From NCBI GenBank assembly GCA_038144855.1, contig JAYQOO010000005.1, positions 9,248 through 73,247 of the forward strand: 64,000 nt of DNA. The letters run 5' to 3'. This DNA comes from Acidimicrobiia bacterium (lineage in GTDB: Bacteria; Acidobacteriota; Vicinamibacteria; Vicinamibacterales; UBA2999). Both the position numbers and the translations under genes were made by a program. Shown here piece after piece: positions 1 to 10,175 of this stretch. The notes below the pieces were generated by a model. That model was not told the DNA's origin, searched no databases, and worked only from the letters and a program-made list of their open reading frames with translations. How positions within the stretch are numbered: the first letter of the stretch is position 1; the number at the start of each line of letters is the position of its first letter.

Positions 1-329
1 GTGCCGCTCCGGGCGATCACGCGCTCGATGAACGGTGGTCCGAGCGGAATCGCCTCGCGGTACAGCAAGACGAGGTCGTAGTGGTTGAGCTCCTGGAGCT
101 CCAGCAGCCGCCGGAAGGCCAGCGGCAGGAAGGCCAGGGCCTTGCGCAAGTAGTTCCGCGGCTTGTAGACAATGCGGAAGTACTCGGGCGTGTAGAACGA
201 ACTGATGGTGACGTCGATACCGGCCTCTCGCAGGTACGGAATGTACTGCGCGACACGGAAGCGACAACCCGCACCCTCTTCCGGGAAGGGTGAGAGCGCC
301 AGGACTCTGAGACGGGATGAACCGATCAT
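1..329 (-). CDS. glycosyltransferase (GT4/GT-B type), N-terminal part; CDS runs off the left edge
   Basis: Own reverse-strand translation from ATG at 329-327: MIGSSRLRVLALSPFPEEGAGCRFRVAQYIPYLREAGIDVTISSFYTPEYF... Absent from the ORF track because it is open-ended. ATGA overlap with the stop of the upstream ORF (326-329). Confidence 0.7.
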   Translation of the reverse strand, partial: MIGSSRLRVLALSPFPEEGAGCRFRVAQYIPYLREAGIDVTISSFYTPEYFRIVYKPRNYLRKALAFLPLAFRRLLELQELNHYDLVLLYREAIPLGPPFIERVIARSG

Positions 330-655
330 TTCAGGGACCGAATGAACAACAACAGCCCGACGGACGCGGCCGCCGCTTGCGGCAGCAGCCACATCCAGCC
401 AGCGGGCGACTGGTAGAACATGGTCAGCGCGGTGGCCGTAGTGGCAGACGACCACAACAACAGCGCGACATTCTTGCGCCGATCGCTTTCAGACAACTCG
501 CGCCACTGCGCCAGCCATTCGCCGACGGACGACACCGAGCGTGCCTGTGTGCCCGCCCGCCACAGCGTCTCGACCGCGCGATCGGCAGGGCCCAGCAGCG
601 CGCTCGATCGGAGCGCCTGCGCGACTCGCGCGTCGTCTTTTGCCGTTTCTGTCAT
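326..655 (-). CDS. hypothetical small membrane protein
   Basis: 109-aa ORF with two C-terminal hydrophobic segments (ALLLWSSATTATALTMFY, WMWLLPQAAAASVGLLLFI). 4-nt overlaps with both neighbours. Confidence 0.5.
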   Translation of the reverse strand: MTETAKDDARVAQALRSSALLGPADRAVETLWRAGTQARSVSSVGEWLAQWRELSESDRRKNVALLLWSSATTATALTMFYQSPAGWMWLLPQAAAASVGLLLFIRSLK

Positions 656-1701
656 TTGGATGGCGCCGAGGCGTCCAGGGCCACGACCGTGCCCTGCAGT
701 TCATACGCCGCATTCCGCCACGAGAACGTGCCCCCCGGCCGCAGTGGCGTGTTGGCGTGCAGCCAGCCGTTCGCGCCGCTCTGGGCCTGCACGGTCAGTC
801 GCGCCTCACGGGTCGCGCCACCAGCAGGACCAACACTGTCGACGACCGCTGAAGCCGACAGTTCGTTGCGCACATCTCCATAGCTCGAATCGCCAGGTTT
901 CATCAGCGCCAGCACGCGCGGGTCACCGCCAAACCGCACGGTCACGCGAACCGGCTGCAATGGCGCCACGCTGCGCACTTCATCGATCTGGAACGCGGCT
1001 TTTCCGAAGGGCAGTTCGAAGAACAACAGGCTCGCGGGCTGCAGCGACACCTCACCGCCCACGCATTCGGGCTGTCCCTGGTTCGACCGCACGTAGCAGG
1101 ACAGTCGAAGCACAGCCGGCACCATTCGGGCCTCGGCTTCCGGGATCTCGACCATGTTCGGACGAACGAAGACCCGCTGGCGTTGCGCGACCGCTTCGCC
1201 TGCACGCTCGATCACGCCCAGGTCTTTGATGACCAGGCCGGCCTTGATCTCCGCCGCCTGCGCGGCCGTGAGGTTGCCGAAGGTTCCGACCACGATCAGC
1301 TTGGCATCCGGCAGGGCGGACGGCGCAATGGTGAGTCCGCGCGGAATGCGAAACCGCTCCTGTGCGTTGTCATAGAGCACGACGTCGTACACGCCCGGCG
1401 GCGTGTCGAACAGATCGACCTCGGCTTCCGTCGTGTCCGTAAACTTGAACGTGCGCCCCTGGTTCGGTCCGATCGACACGCGCAGGTATGGCAGCAGGTT
1501 CGTCCCGCGAACCTTGAACTTCATGTCGCTGCCATACACGATCGTCGACGGCTCGACGGACGTCAGCGTCGGACGCGGCGTCCGGAGCAGCAGGTAGCCG
1601 CCGTAGGCCAGTGGAATCATCCACAGCACCAGCACCAGCACGATGGCATCGAACAGGTTCAGGCGGCCGAACAGCCGGCCGCGCTCGTCAACTATGGGCA
1701 T
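652..1701 (-). CDS. DUF4330-like membrane-anchored protein (family name from memory)
   Basis: N-terminus MPIVDERGRLFGRLNLFDAIVLVLVLWMIPLAYGG resembles the DUF4330 signature as I recall it. It is followed by a beta-rich extracytoplasmic region. Confidence 0.55.
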   Translation of the reverse strand: MPIVDERGRLFGRLNLFDAIVLVLVLWMIPLAYGGYLLLRTPRPTLTSVEPSTIVYGSDMKFKVRGTNLLPYLRVSIGPNQGRTFKFTDTTEAEVDLFDTPPGVYDVVLYDNAQERFRIPRGLTIAPSALPDAKLIVVGTFGNLTAAQAAEIKAGLVIKDLGVIERAGEAVAQRQRVFVRPNMVEIPEAEARMVPAVLRLSCYVRSNQGQPECVGGEVSLQPASLLFFELPFGKAAFQIDEVRSVAPLQPVRVTVRFGGDPRVLALMKPGDSSYGDVRNELSASAVVDSVGPAGGATREARLTVQAQSGANGWLHANTPLRPGGTFSWRNAAYELQGTVVALDASAPSK

Positions 1702-3049
1702 CTGCGTACGCCTTCCTTGGTACCCGAATTGGCGACGAATGGAGCGCGGCCCTGGCCACCTCGTACAACCCGAGGCCGGCGAGCCACACCAGATACGGCA
1801 TCACTAGGCCGCGGTGCCGGATCAACGTGCCGATGTTGCCGCTGGTCATCGCCACCACCGTGATCGCGCCCATGGCGTGCGCGGACAGCAGCATGGTGAA
1901 CATCACGTCGCGGCGGACGCCAGCCACCAGGCCGAACGGCGCCAGCGCCAGCAGCACGTACCAGAACATCTGTTCCGGTAAATACGCGAGCAGCGCGCGT
2001 GACTCGATGCGCCACGGCACCGGCTCGGTTACATACGCCACGTAGGAATCCACGACGTAGCGGATCGCGTGAGGAGCCGGCATGGTGTACAGGCGAAGTC
2101 CGTCGACGTAGTACAGGTCGTCGAGGATGTGGTACGAGTAACCGTTCGAGCCCACGTGGCCGGAGTGATAGATCGCCCAGCTCCGTGCGGCGTTCAGCGC
2201 GCGCTCCTGAACCGGCGGCAGCATCATGGCGCCCGCGATCGCGATTGGGAGCAGCACCGCGGTGGCCAGCGTCGCTTTCGGCCGGGCCAGCACGTATCCA
2301 AAGAACAGGCCGCCGACCACTCCGGTGAGCGCCACCATGCTCCCGCCGCGGCGCAGGCTTTCCAGCGCCACCGCGCCGGCTATCACGCCGAGCAGCCACA
2401 GGATCCGGGTTCGCCAGCTGCCGGCCCGTGCCACGCCAACCGCGCACAGCAACTCCAGGGCCGCGGCCAGCGTGTACGACGGCTCTTTGAGCGCCGAAAT
2501 GGACCACATGAAGAGACTGGGCGTGAACAGCAGCACGATCAAACCGGAGAGCGCCGCAATCCCTCCGAATACCGGACGCACCAGCCTGAACAACAACAGA
2601 ACCGCCGCCAGGTAACAGGTGCTGTTGACGACGTGTACGCCGTACGGCGCGTTGCCGAAGATCGCCTGGAGCACCGCCAGCGCATACAAGTAGCTCGAGA
2701 TGCCCACGTCCTCGAACGCATAGATCACGTCAGCCGGTGACATCGCCACGCCGAGGCCGTAGTTCCGGATCCACAGCGAACGATTCTTGAAGAACAGCTC
2801 GTCACCGAAAAAGGTCTCGAATGGCGCGGTGCCGTCCGCCGACAGGAACAATCCACCGATCAACAGCAGACGTCCAACGACCGCCAACGCCACGATCGTG
2901 AAGAACCACTGACGCTCTCGGCCGGTGAGGCCCGCGCCGGCCCAGCGCGCCAGCACGATGAGCAGCGGCACGCAGATCGCGGTCAGCGGCGATACGGCGT
3001 AGGCGGCACCCACTGCGACTCCCGCCGCCACCATCTTCCAGGTCGTCAC
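1688..3049 (-). CDS. polytopic membrane protein (polymerase / GT-C-like candidate)
   Basis: 453-aa ORF that is hydrophobic throughout (more than 10 predicted helices by eye) and sits in a glycan locus. The exact family was not recognised. Confidence 0.6.
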   Translation of the reverse strand: MTTWKMVAAGVAVGAAYAVSPLTAICVPLLIVLARWAGAGLTGRERQWFFTIVALAVVGRLLLIGGLFLSADGTAPFETFFGDELFFKNRSLWIRNYGLGVAMSPADVIYAFEDVGISSYLYALAVLQAIFGNAPYGVHVVNSTCYLAAVLLLFRLVRPVFGGIAALSGLIVLLFTPSLFMWSISALKEPSYTLAAALELLCAVGVARAGSWRTRILWLLGVIAGAVALESLRRGGSMVALTGVVGGLFFGYVLARPKATLATAVLLPIAIAGAMMLPPVQERALNAARSWAIYHSGHVGSNGYSYHILDDLYYVDGLRLYTMPAPHAIRYVVDSYVAYVTEPVPWRIESRALLAYLPEQMFWYVLLALAPFGLVAGVRRDVMFTMLLSAHAMGAITVVAMTSGNIGTLIRHRGLVMPYLVWLAGLGLYEVARAALHSSPIRVPRKAYADAHS

Positions 3050-4155
3050 GCCGTCAACTCCTGGAACAAGCGGTCGTAGCGCGCGGCCACCGCCGGCAGC
3101 GCGTAGTGCGCCACGCTGTCTGTCGCGTGCGCGACCAGGCGCTCGCGGCCTGGGCGGTCAGACACGAGCCTGGCCAGCGCCTGCGCAATTGCACGCGGCT
3201 CATGCTCCACCAACACGCCGTTGCGCTCGCTCTCAACAATCTCCACGGTGCCTGGCGAGGCGGTCGCGACGACCGGCGTGCCGCAAGCCATGGCCTCAAT
3301 CAGCACGTTGCCGAACCCTTCGTACGCCGAGGTCAACGCGAACACGTCGGCCTTCGCGATGAATCGCCACGGGTTCGACTGAAAGCCCAGGAAGCGCACG
3401 CGCGAGGCAACGCCGCGTTGGTCGGCGAGCGCGGCCAGCCGATCGAGCTCGGGACCTTCACCGAGAATCCACAGATACATCGGCGTCGTTGGCACCAGCT
3501 CCACGAGGGCGGCAATCAACAGCGGGTAGTTCTTGACGTTGGCCAGCCGGCCGGCGGCGGCAACGACCGGGCGATCGCCGCTCAGTTCGGACGGAATCGG
3601 CTCCGCGGACTGCCTGGCAATGGCATCCAGGTCGACGGGGTTGTGCAGCACGCGAATCTTGTCGCGCGGTACGCCGTAGTTGATGGTGAGATCGTCGGCG
3701 ACGCCCTGCGACGTCGCGACGACCGCATCCGCGCGGCGGTAGAAGAAGCGTGTCAGCGCCGCGAACGCCCGGCGGCGCAGCGGCTGGCGCCATGAAAAAT
3801 CGGGATCCTCCAGGAACCCTGTCGTGGGTGTGCCCTGGTTGAACACCACCTGCGCGCGGATACCCGCCGCCTTCACCGCGATGGCCGTGATGAAGTAGCT
3901 GAGAAACGGCATCACGATGTCGGGGTTGAAGTCACGGAGAAATGCCGCCAGTTCGCGCATGCGGCCCAGCCACGAGGTTTGCTGCGCCACGACCACGCGC
4001 ACACCGTCCGCAACGCGATCACGATAGACGGCATTCTCGAGACTGAAGACGTAGAGCACGCGCTCGTGAGAGTCGCTCAGCGCGCTCAGCACCGTGACCG
4101 CCACGCGTTCGGCGCCACCGCTCGTCAACGTCGGGATCACGAAGCACACCTTCAC
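3046..4155 (-). CDS. glycosyltransferase family 4
   Basis: C-terminal GT-B motif SAYEGFGNVLIEAMACGTPVVAT. N-terminus MKVCFVIPTLTSGGAERV. Confidence 0.85.
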   Translation of the reverse strand: MKVCFVIPTLTSGGAERVAVTVLSALSDSHERVLYVFSLENAVYRDRVADGVRVVVAQQTSWLGRMRELAAFLRDFNPDIVMPFLSYFITAIAVKAAGIRAQVVFNQGTPTTGFLEDPDFSWRQPLRRRAFAALTRFFYRRADAVVATSQGVADDLTINYGVPRDKIRVLHNPVDLDAIARQSAEPIPSELSGDRPVVAAAGRLANVKNYPLLIAALVELVPTTPMYLWILGEGPELDRLAALADQRGVASRVRFLGFQSNPWRFIAKADVFALTSAYEGFGNVLIEAMACGTPVVATASPGTVEIVESERNGVLVEHEPRAIAQALARLVSDRPGRERLVAHATDSVAHYALPAVAARYDRLFQELTA

Positions 4156-5351
4156 GCTGACACCGGAATTGGTAACTGCAGTTCCTTGCCGGCCATCAAC
4201 ATCATGTCCGCGGCTTGGCGCTCGAGCGTGAACGTCCTGGCGGTCGCGTACCCGCCTTGAATCAGCCGGCGGCGTAGTTCAGCGTCTCTGACGACGCGCT
4301 TCACCGCGCGCGCTACTGAGTCTGCCGACGCATCGGGCATCAATAGCCCATTCGTCTCATGCGTGATCAGGCTCGTGATCCCGGACACGTCGGTCGTGAC
4401 GATCGGGAGCCCATTGGCCATTGCCTCGAGCAACACGCGCGGAATGCCCTCACCCGGCTGAGTCGGGAGCACGAACACATCGTAGTCGCGGTACTGCGCC
4501 ATCAACTGGTCGAGGGGCACGGCGCCGCGCAACCGCACGCGATCGCCAACACCCAGCGTCGCCGCCTCCGCTGCAATCGCATCACGCTCATCGTCTCCAA
4601 TCAGCCCGATGGTGGGGCCGACCACGTCGAGCGTGATATCGATGCCGTCGCCGGACAGCTGCGCAACCGCGGCCGGCAGCGACCGCAGTCCCTTGCGGGG
4701 ATCGATGCGGCTGACTGTCAGCGCGCGCCATGCGCCGGACTGACCGACATCGGTGCGGGTGCCAATATCTTCCTGGCTCAGCGTCGTGGTCTTGGTCTCG
4801 ATCACGCGGCCGCCGTCGCGCTCGTGCTTGATCCGCAGGGCGGCGCCGTTGGCAAACGTCAACGACTGCGAGGTCATGTGTCGCAGCGCCCATTCTTCGA
4901 ATGCGACGTAGGCGCCGAATAAGCCCTTCTTGAGGCCGCGATACGGCAGGTGCGGCAGCAGCGCTTCGTAGTCGCCCACCACCAGCAGGAACACCGGCTT
5001 GCCCGCCGCCTGCGCGGCGCGAAACGCGAAGATGCCCGCGGGGGTGGGGACACGCAGGTGGATCAGGTCGCACTGCGCGACCCAGTCCTTCAGGCGCCCA
5101 TAGATCGTCGGCAACTTCGGATAGAACTGCCGCGGGCCTGGGAAGTACGGCAGCGGCGCCAACCGCACGTTGGTAGCGCGTACGCGCGAGCCGGACGCCT
5201 GAGGCCGGTCGAACACCGGCACCGACAGCACGATCTCGTCGAAGTGCGGCGCCAGCGAATCCACGTAGCGGGCAAACGACCCTTCGGACTCCCACAGAGT
5301 CCCGTCAGCCGCCTGCCAGAACGGCATGTGATACAGGATGCCGAGCGTCAC
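4152..5351 (-). CDS. glycosyltransferase family 4 (start revised)
   Basis: Motif PTQPGEGIPRVLLEAMANGLPIVTTDVSG. The ORF-track start at 5648 adds an Arg/Ala-rich extension that overlaps the upstream gene. GTG at 5351-5349 forms a GTGA overlap with the upstream stop (5348-5350). ATG at 5327 is an alternative. Confidence 0.75.
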   Translation of the reverse strand: MTLGILYHMPFWQAADGTLWESEGSFARYVDSLAPHFDEIVLSVPVFDRPQASGSRVRATNVRLAPLPYFPGPRQFYPKLPTIYGRLKDWVAQCDLIHLRVPTPAGIFAFRAAQAAGKPVFLLVVGDYEALLPHLPYRGLKKGLFGAYVAFEEWALRHMTSQSLTFANGAALRIKHERDGGRVIETKTTTLSQEDIGTRTDVGQSGAWRALTVSRIDPRKGLRSLPAAVAQLSGDGIDITLDVVGPTIGLIGDDERDAIAAEAATLGVGDRVRLRGAVPLDQLMAQYRDYDVFVLPTQPGEGIPRVLLEAMANGLPIVTTDVSGITSLITHETNGLLMPDASADSVARAVKRVVRDAELRRRLIQGGYATARTFTLERQAADMMLMAGKELQLPIPVSA

Positions 5352-6475
5352 GAGATCTGTTTGGCGGTCAGCAAGCGATCGTAAAGCGAGGTCACCGACG
5401 CGATGTAGCCGTCGACGCCGAAGCGCGGCCGCACGAACGCCCGCGCCTCCTGCGACAGCAGCACGCGAAGCGTGTCGTCCTGCAGCACACGGGTCATGGC
5501 CGTGGCCAGTTGCGGCACGTCGCCAGGCTCGACCAGCAGGCCGCTGACGTTGTCGTGCACGACCTCTGGAATGCCAGCCACCTTCGAGGCAATGACCGGC
5601 AAGCCAGCGCCCATGGCCAGCACCAGCGACAGCGGCAGGCCCTCCCACAGCGACGGCATCACGAACATGTCGATCGCGCCGAGGATGTTGCCAAGGTCGC
5701 GCCGTGCGCCGGCGAAATGCACGCGGCCCGATAGCCCCAATTGCTCGACGCGTGACTGCAATTCGCGACGCAACTCGCCGTCACCAACGGCGAGCAAATG
5801 GAGGTTCGCCAGTTCCGGGCGCGACACCATGGCGTCAAACAGCACGCGATGGGCCTTCTGCTCGGTCAACCGGGCAATGATGCCCGCCAGCGGCACATCC
5901 AACGGCACACCGAGCTCGGCGCGCATCTCGTCGCGGCTCATGGTGGTCTGCAACTGCGACCAGTCCACGGCGTTATAGATCACCACTACCTTGTCGGGAT
6001 CGGCGCCGATCTGGTCGACGTAGAAATCGCGCACGGACTCGGCCGAGGCCACCACCGCGTCGGTGCGCTGCATCAGCCAACGCTCCGCCATGCGGTGCAG
6101 CGGCCGCTTGCGCTCGTAAATATTCACTTCTGTCCCGACCACGATCGGCACGCGCGCCAGCATTGACGCGAAGCGCCCGTAGAGGCTCGCCGTGAGCAGG
6201 AACGTGTGGACGATGGTCGGTTCGCAGTCGTGCAGGAACTGCTGCAGCCGCATCAGGTCGAATGGGCGCAAGAGCCCGGGCTGCAGGCCGAGCGAGCGGA
6301 ACGGATATCCGGTCTTCTCCACCTCGTCGCCGATCGGCCCCGGCGTGCCGATGCATACGACGGCGCGCTCGTACTCCGCCGGGAGGTAGCGAATCAGGTT
6401 GAGGATCATTTCCTCGGCCCCACCAACGGCAAGAGTGTGGGCGAGATACACAACGCGTGCGCGAGTCTGGCTCAT
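5348..6475 (-). CDS. glycosyltransferase family 4
   Basis: N-terminus VVYLAHTLAVGGAEEMILNL. Motif PSLWEGLPLSLVLAMGAGLPVIASKVAGIPEVV. Confidence 0.85.
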   Translation of the reverse strand: MSQTRARVVYLAHTLAVGGAEEMILNLIRYLPAEYERAVVCIGTPGPIGDEVEKTGYPFRSLGLQPGLLRPFDLMRLQQFLHDCEPTIVHTFLLTASLYGRFASMLARVPIVVGTEVNIYERKRPLHRMAERWLMQRTDAVVASAESVRDFYVDQIGADPDKVVVIYNAVDWSQLQTTMSRDEMRAELGVPLDVPLAGIIARLTEQKAHRVLFDAMVSRPELANLHLLAVGDGELRRELQSRVEQLGLSGRVHFAGARRDLGNILGAIDMFVMPSLWEGLPLSLVLAMGAGLPVIASKVAGIPEVVHDNVSGLLVEPGDVPQLATAMTRVLQDDTLRVLLSQEARAFVRPRFGVDGYIASVTSLYDRLLTAKQIS

Positions 6476-6483
6476 GAAACGGT

Positions 6484-7452
6484 CTACGCCGGTGCGGTCC
6501 GGTAGTGGGCAATCGTGTCTTCAAGGCCGGCGCCGAGCGTCCACTTCGGCGTCCAGCCCAGTTCTTGTGCCGCGCGGCCAACGTCGGCCACGAAGTCACC
6601 GGTCTCGATCTGCTTGGCCAGCGCCGGCCACTCGACGTGCTGGATGTGGCCGCGGCCGGCGATCCGGATGATGTCATTGGCGACGTCGATCATGCGCGCG
6701 CCGGTGCCACTGGCCACGTTGTAGGCGCGCCCGTCGGCCTGGTCGGCCAGGCCAATCACGATCAAGGCCTCAGCCACGTCGGAGACGTGCACGTAGTCGC
6801 GCAGTTGGGTGCCGTCGCCATAGATCGACATGGCCTGGTCCGACAACGCGAGGTGGATCAAGCGATTGATCACGCCGTAGGCGGTCCGGCCGGCCGGCTG
6901 CCCAACACCGTACGGATTGGTGATCCGCGCCACCGCGTAGCGCACACCGAACAGGTGGGCGTAGAGCTTCAGGTAGTCTTCGACCGTCCGCTTGTGGATT
7001 GCGTGAATGCACAGCGGATCGCCGAGTTGGTCTTCGCGAACCGGGATAGCGTTTGGTTTGCCGTACTGCAGTCGCGACCCGGCAAAGATCACCTTCGGCC
7101 TCGACGTGGCCGCGCGCACCGCCTCGAGCAGTACCAGGTTACCGCGCAGGTTCAGATCCAGGTCGGACCAGGGATCTTCCATGCTGCGAACAGCACCCGA
7201 TTGGCCCGAGAGGTTGAACACGAGGTCTTGACCGTCGACCAGCGTGCGCATCATCTCGAGATCGCGGATGTCGCCCTCGACAATCTTTGCGCCACGACGC
7301 TCGACGTCCGCCGCGGTGGCGGCATGGCGAGCGCGGGACGGCGTCAGGATTGTCACCGCCGCCCCATCTCGAAGCAGGCGGTCGACCAGGTTGATGCCGA
7401 TAAAGCCAAGGCCCCCGGCCACGCACACCTTCATGTTGGCCAGGCCGCTCAT
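6484..7452 (-). CDS. NAD-dependent epimerase/dehydratase (SDR)
   Basis: Rossmann motif KVCVAGGLGFIGINLVDRLL. The start is set at the ATG that gives an ATGA overlap with the upstream stop (7449-7452). Confidence 0.85.
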   Translation of the reverse strand: MSGLANMKVCVAGGLGFIGINLVDRLLRDGAAVTILTPSRARHAATAADVERRGAKIVEGDIRDLEMMRTLVDGQDLVFNLSGQSGAVRSMEDPWSDLDLNLRGNLVLLEAVRAATSRPKVIFAGSRLQYGKPNAIPVREDQLGDPLCIHAIHKRTVEDYLKLYAHLFGVRYAVARITNPYGVGQPAGRTAYGVINRLIHLALSDQAMSIYGDGTQLRDYVHVSDVAEALIVIGLADQADGRAYNVASGTGARMIDVANDIIRIAGRGHIQHVEWPALAKQIETGDFVADVGRAAQELGWTPKWTLGAGLEDTIAHYRTAPA

Positions 7453-8168
7453 TGCTTCACCGCAACGCACCGGCCGTGCAAGTGCACGTCGGACTGAAAG
7501 CGTTCCAGCGATTCAATCGCGAAGCGTCCGTCCAGGACCGATGACAACCATCGTTCATCGGCATACATGCCGTCGCCAACCAGCCGGCGATGGAGACGCG
7601 AAGTCCATGATGCAGGGAGCACGTCATTGGCGGCAGTCGCCAGCCTGCGCTGAAGCGTGAGCGGCACAGAAGGCGACGCCGGGTGAACCGTGGTGAACGC
7701 AAAACGTCCCCCCGGCTTCAACCAGCCGTGCACGCGCTCGATGAACGGCCGGTCGAGGGGCACATGCTCGGCAAGGACGCCGATCGAATACACCAAGTCG
7801 AAGCTCGCCGGCGCGAACGCGTGTCGCAGCAGATCGCCCCGCACCAGCGTGATCGGCACCACGGCCATGCGCTCGGCATGCACCGGCCGGCGCGCCTCGT
7901 CGAGCATCGGCGCCGAGGCGTCGATGCCGGTCAGCGTCGCCACCTGCTTCAGGCCCCAGAAGTAACGTCCGGTTCCGCAGCCGAGATCGAGCACGTCGAT
8001 GGGCCCCGTAAACCGTTCGCACACCGAGCCGAGCCAGTCGATCAGGTCTCGATTCGACGCCACCGACTGCAAGGCGTCATCGCGGTCGCGATACCTGCGC
8101 GCGTAGGTTTCGTCATAGAGCGCCGCTGCGCGCTCGGCCCACCGCCCCTCGTCGTGGTTCGCAGTCAT
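7449..8168 (-). CDS. class I SAM-dependent methyltransferase
   Basis: Motif I VLDLGCGTGRYFWGL. The start at 8168 leaves 1 nt after the upstream stop. The ORF-track start at 8213 is an alternative. Confidence 0.75.
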   Translation of the reverse strand: MTANHDEGRWAERAAALYDETYARRYRDRDDALQSVASNRDLIDWLGSVCERFTGPIDVLDLGCGTGRYFWGLKQVATLTGIDASAPMLDEARRPVHAERMAVVPITLVRGDLLRHAFAPASFDLVYSIGVLAEHVPLDRPFIERVHGWLKPGGRFAFTTVHPASPSVPLTLQRRLATAANDVLPASWTSRLHRRLVGDGMYADERWLSSVLDGRFAIESLERFQSDVHLHGRCVAVKQ

Positions 8169-8169
8169 C

Positions 8170-8988
8170 TCAACGGGCATCGAACAGTCGTTCGGCGGCG
8201 ACGAACTCCACATCGGGCGTGCGTGCAGCGTGATCGAGAAAACGCAGCAGAACGCTTTTCAACTCGGCGTCGACTTCCCAATAGTGGGTGGCGAGACAGA
8301 AGTGGCCGCCCGCGCGTCTCGCTTCCTCGAATCCGCGCACCAGTTCGTCGAGCGTGGTGCCGGGAATCAGGCTGTGGCAGCCGAACTCGGCGTGCCGCCG
8401 GTACCGCAACACGTGCGGGTAGATCATGCGATCCGACTTCGCTCGTGCCGTCGACGAGCGATAGGTGCGAATCCGCCACCAGTTCGGCAGCGTTTGCGGT
8501 TCCCACGGCCGCATCGACGGCCGGAACGACAGGAACGACCCCAGCAGGTTCAGTCCTGACGCGCTGATGGCGCGCAGTCCACGCTTCGACAACGCATTGT
8601 GCGGCGGCACGAAGATGCGAATCTTGGTGCCGATCAACTCTTCGAGGTACGCCTGCCCGCGCACCAGTCGCGATTCGAGATCCGGTGCCGCCTGGAACTC
8701 GTGGCCGTCAGGGTAGTCCTCGTGCGTGAAGCCATGCTGCGCAATCGTCACGCGACCGGCTTCCGCCAACGCCTTGAGGCTGGCCACAATGGCGGGGTTC
8801 TCTTCCAGCGGGAACGCGCGGTCAGCGTGCCAGTAGCGCTCCGGGATCGCCTTGTCGACGAAGCCCATAGCCTGCGGCACCACGGCGAGACACACCGGCA
8901 GCCGGTCCCACACGTCGTGGTACACCTGCTCCAGTCGCTCAGGCTGCGTGAAATACGACGTGTCGTCGTCTCTGAGGGCGACCTTCAT
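8170..8988 (-). CDS. putative carbohydrate deacetylase-like protein (DUF2334-like; low product certainty)
   Basis: 272-aa ORF starting MKVALRDDDTSYFTQPERLE, sitting in a glycan locus. The product is assigned from a weak memory of the family N-terminus. Confidence 0.5.
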   Translation of the reverse strand: MKVALRDDDTSYFTQPERLEQVYHDVWDRLPVCLAVVPQAMGFVDKAIPERYWHADRAFPLEENPAIVASLKALAEAGRVTIAQHGFTHEDYPDGHEFQAAPDLESRLVRGQAYLEELIGTKIRIFVPPHNALSKRGLRAISASGLNLLGSFLSFRPSMRPWEPQTLPNWWRIRTYRSSTARAKSDRMIYPHVLRYRRHAEFGCHSLIPGTTLDELVRGFEEARRAGGHFCLATHYWEVDAELKSVLLRFLDHAARTPDVEFVAAERLFDAR

Positions 8989-8990
8989 GA

Positions 8991-10175
8991 CTATGCCTGC
9001 GCCTCGAAGCCCTGGCGAAGAGGGGCTGCGACGCGGATCGCGCCGTGGTATTCGGCTTCAAGCCGGGCGGCAACCACGTCCCACGAGAACGTCTGCATCG
9101 CCCACTCGCGGGCCGTCGCTCCGGTGGAGGCGCGCCGCGTCGGATTCATGAGCAAGTCGACAACCAGCTCGCCCAACTGCTCGACGCCGCCGTTCTGGAA
9201 CACGAAACCGCTGTGCCCGGCCGACACCGTCTCGGGCAACCCGCCGGCATCCGACACCACCACGGGCACGCCGGAGGCCTGCGCCTCGAGCGACGTCAGC
9301 CCCAGGGCTTCGGGGAACGTCGACGGCACTACCGACACCGCAGCCGAACGATAGATCGCCGACAACTCGCGGTCGTCGTATGTCGGCCCGCGCAGCACGA
9401 TGCGTGGATTGGCTTCGCATCGCTTTGACAGCGTGTCGTAGTAGCCGTTATCGCCCCGCTTCCAGTACGACGCCGGTCCGACAATCATCAGCTTCGCGGT
9501 CGGCACGCGCGGGCTGATTACCCGCTCAAAGGCGTCAAGGATTACGTGTACGCCCTTCCGCTCCTCCACGCGGCCCACATAGAGCACCACCACTGACTGT
9601 CCGTCAGTCGCGTCGGTCGGAGTGAACGTCTCCCCGTCAACGCCGTTGTAGACCGTGACGGCTTTGCCGGCGACTTGTGGATAGCGCTCGATGGTGTGCC
9701 GTCGAATGAAATCCGACACGCAGAGCACGCGTGCGGCGGCGTCCAGGCCTCGCGAGAACAGCGGCCGATCCCAGCCGCGATAGCCGAAGCCCCAGCCGTA
9801 GTCCATGCTGTGCAGTGAAATCACCGCGGGCGCATCGCTGCTGGTGATCCACAGTCCGTTCGGCCGGCTGTGATGATGGACGACGTCGGCGTTGATGCCC
9901 GGCAGCAACCGTCGAACCTGCGAGTAGTACCACGCGCCTCGGGCCAGTGCGGCCGGGAGACCTCGATCCAGCCACGACGGGATCCGCACGAAGTGATAGT
10001 GCACGCCGCCTTCCGTGAGCGAGGAGGCGCCATCACCGTGGTCGCGCGAGATGACGTGCAACTCGTGGCCGCGGCGTACCAGTCGTCCGGCCGCGTCGCG
10101 AATCCACCGCTCGATCGCACCGCCCTTGGTGGGCGGCACGGGCAGCAGTTCGGGCGCGACGTGACAGATCTTCAT
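8991..10175 (-). CDS. glycosyltransferase family 4
   Basis: Motifs MKICHVAPELLPVPPTKGGAIERW and PSTFPEALGLTSLEAQASGVPVVVSDAGGLPE. Confidence 0.85.
   Translation of the reverse strand: MKICHVAPELLPVPPTKGGAIERWIRDAAGRLVRRGHELHVISRDHGDGASSLTEGGVHYHFVRIPSWLDRGLPAALARGAWYYSQVRRLLPGINADVVHHHSRPNGLWITSSDAPAVISLHSMDYGWGFGYRGWDRPLFSRGLDAAARVLCVSDFIRRHTIERYPQVAGKAVTVYNGVDGETFTPTDATDGQSVVVLYVGRVEERKGVHVILDAFERVISPRVPTAKLMIVGPASYWKRGDNGYYDTLSKRCEANPRIVLRGPTYDDRELSAIYRSAAVSVVPSTFPEALGLTSLEAQASGVPVVVSDAGGLPETVSAGHSGFVFQNGGVEQLGELVVDLLMNPTRRASTGATAREWAMQTFSWDVVAARLEAEYHGAIRVAAPLRQGFEAQA

Noticed and set aside
4152-5648. Long N-terminal extensions of ORF-track entries. Examples: 4152-5648, 15754-16911, 16149-18071, 19279-20493, 20325-22313, 28816-29835, 38052-38774, 41945-42754, 42634-43842, 49399-50604, 50989-52173, 55349-56434.
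   Set aside because: The extensions run through the upstream gene in another frame, are Arg/Pro/Gly-rich, and precede canonical family N-termini. Internal starts that form ATGA/GTGA or 1-nt overlaps with the upstream stop fit much better.
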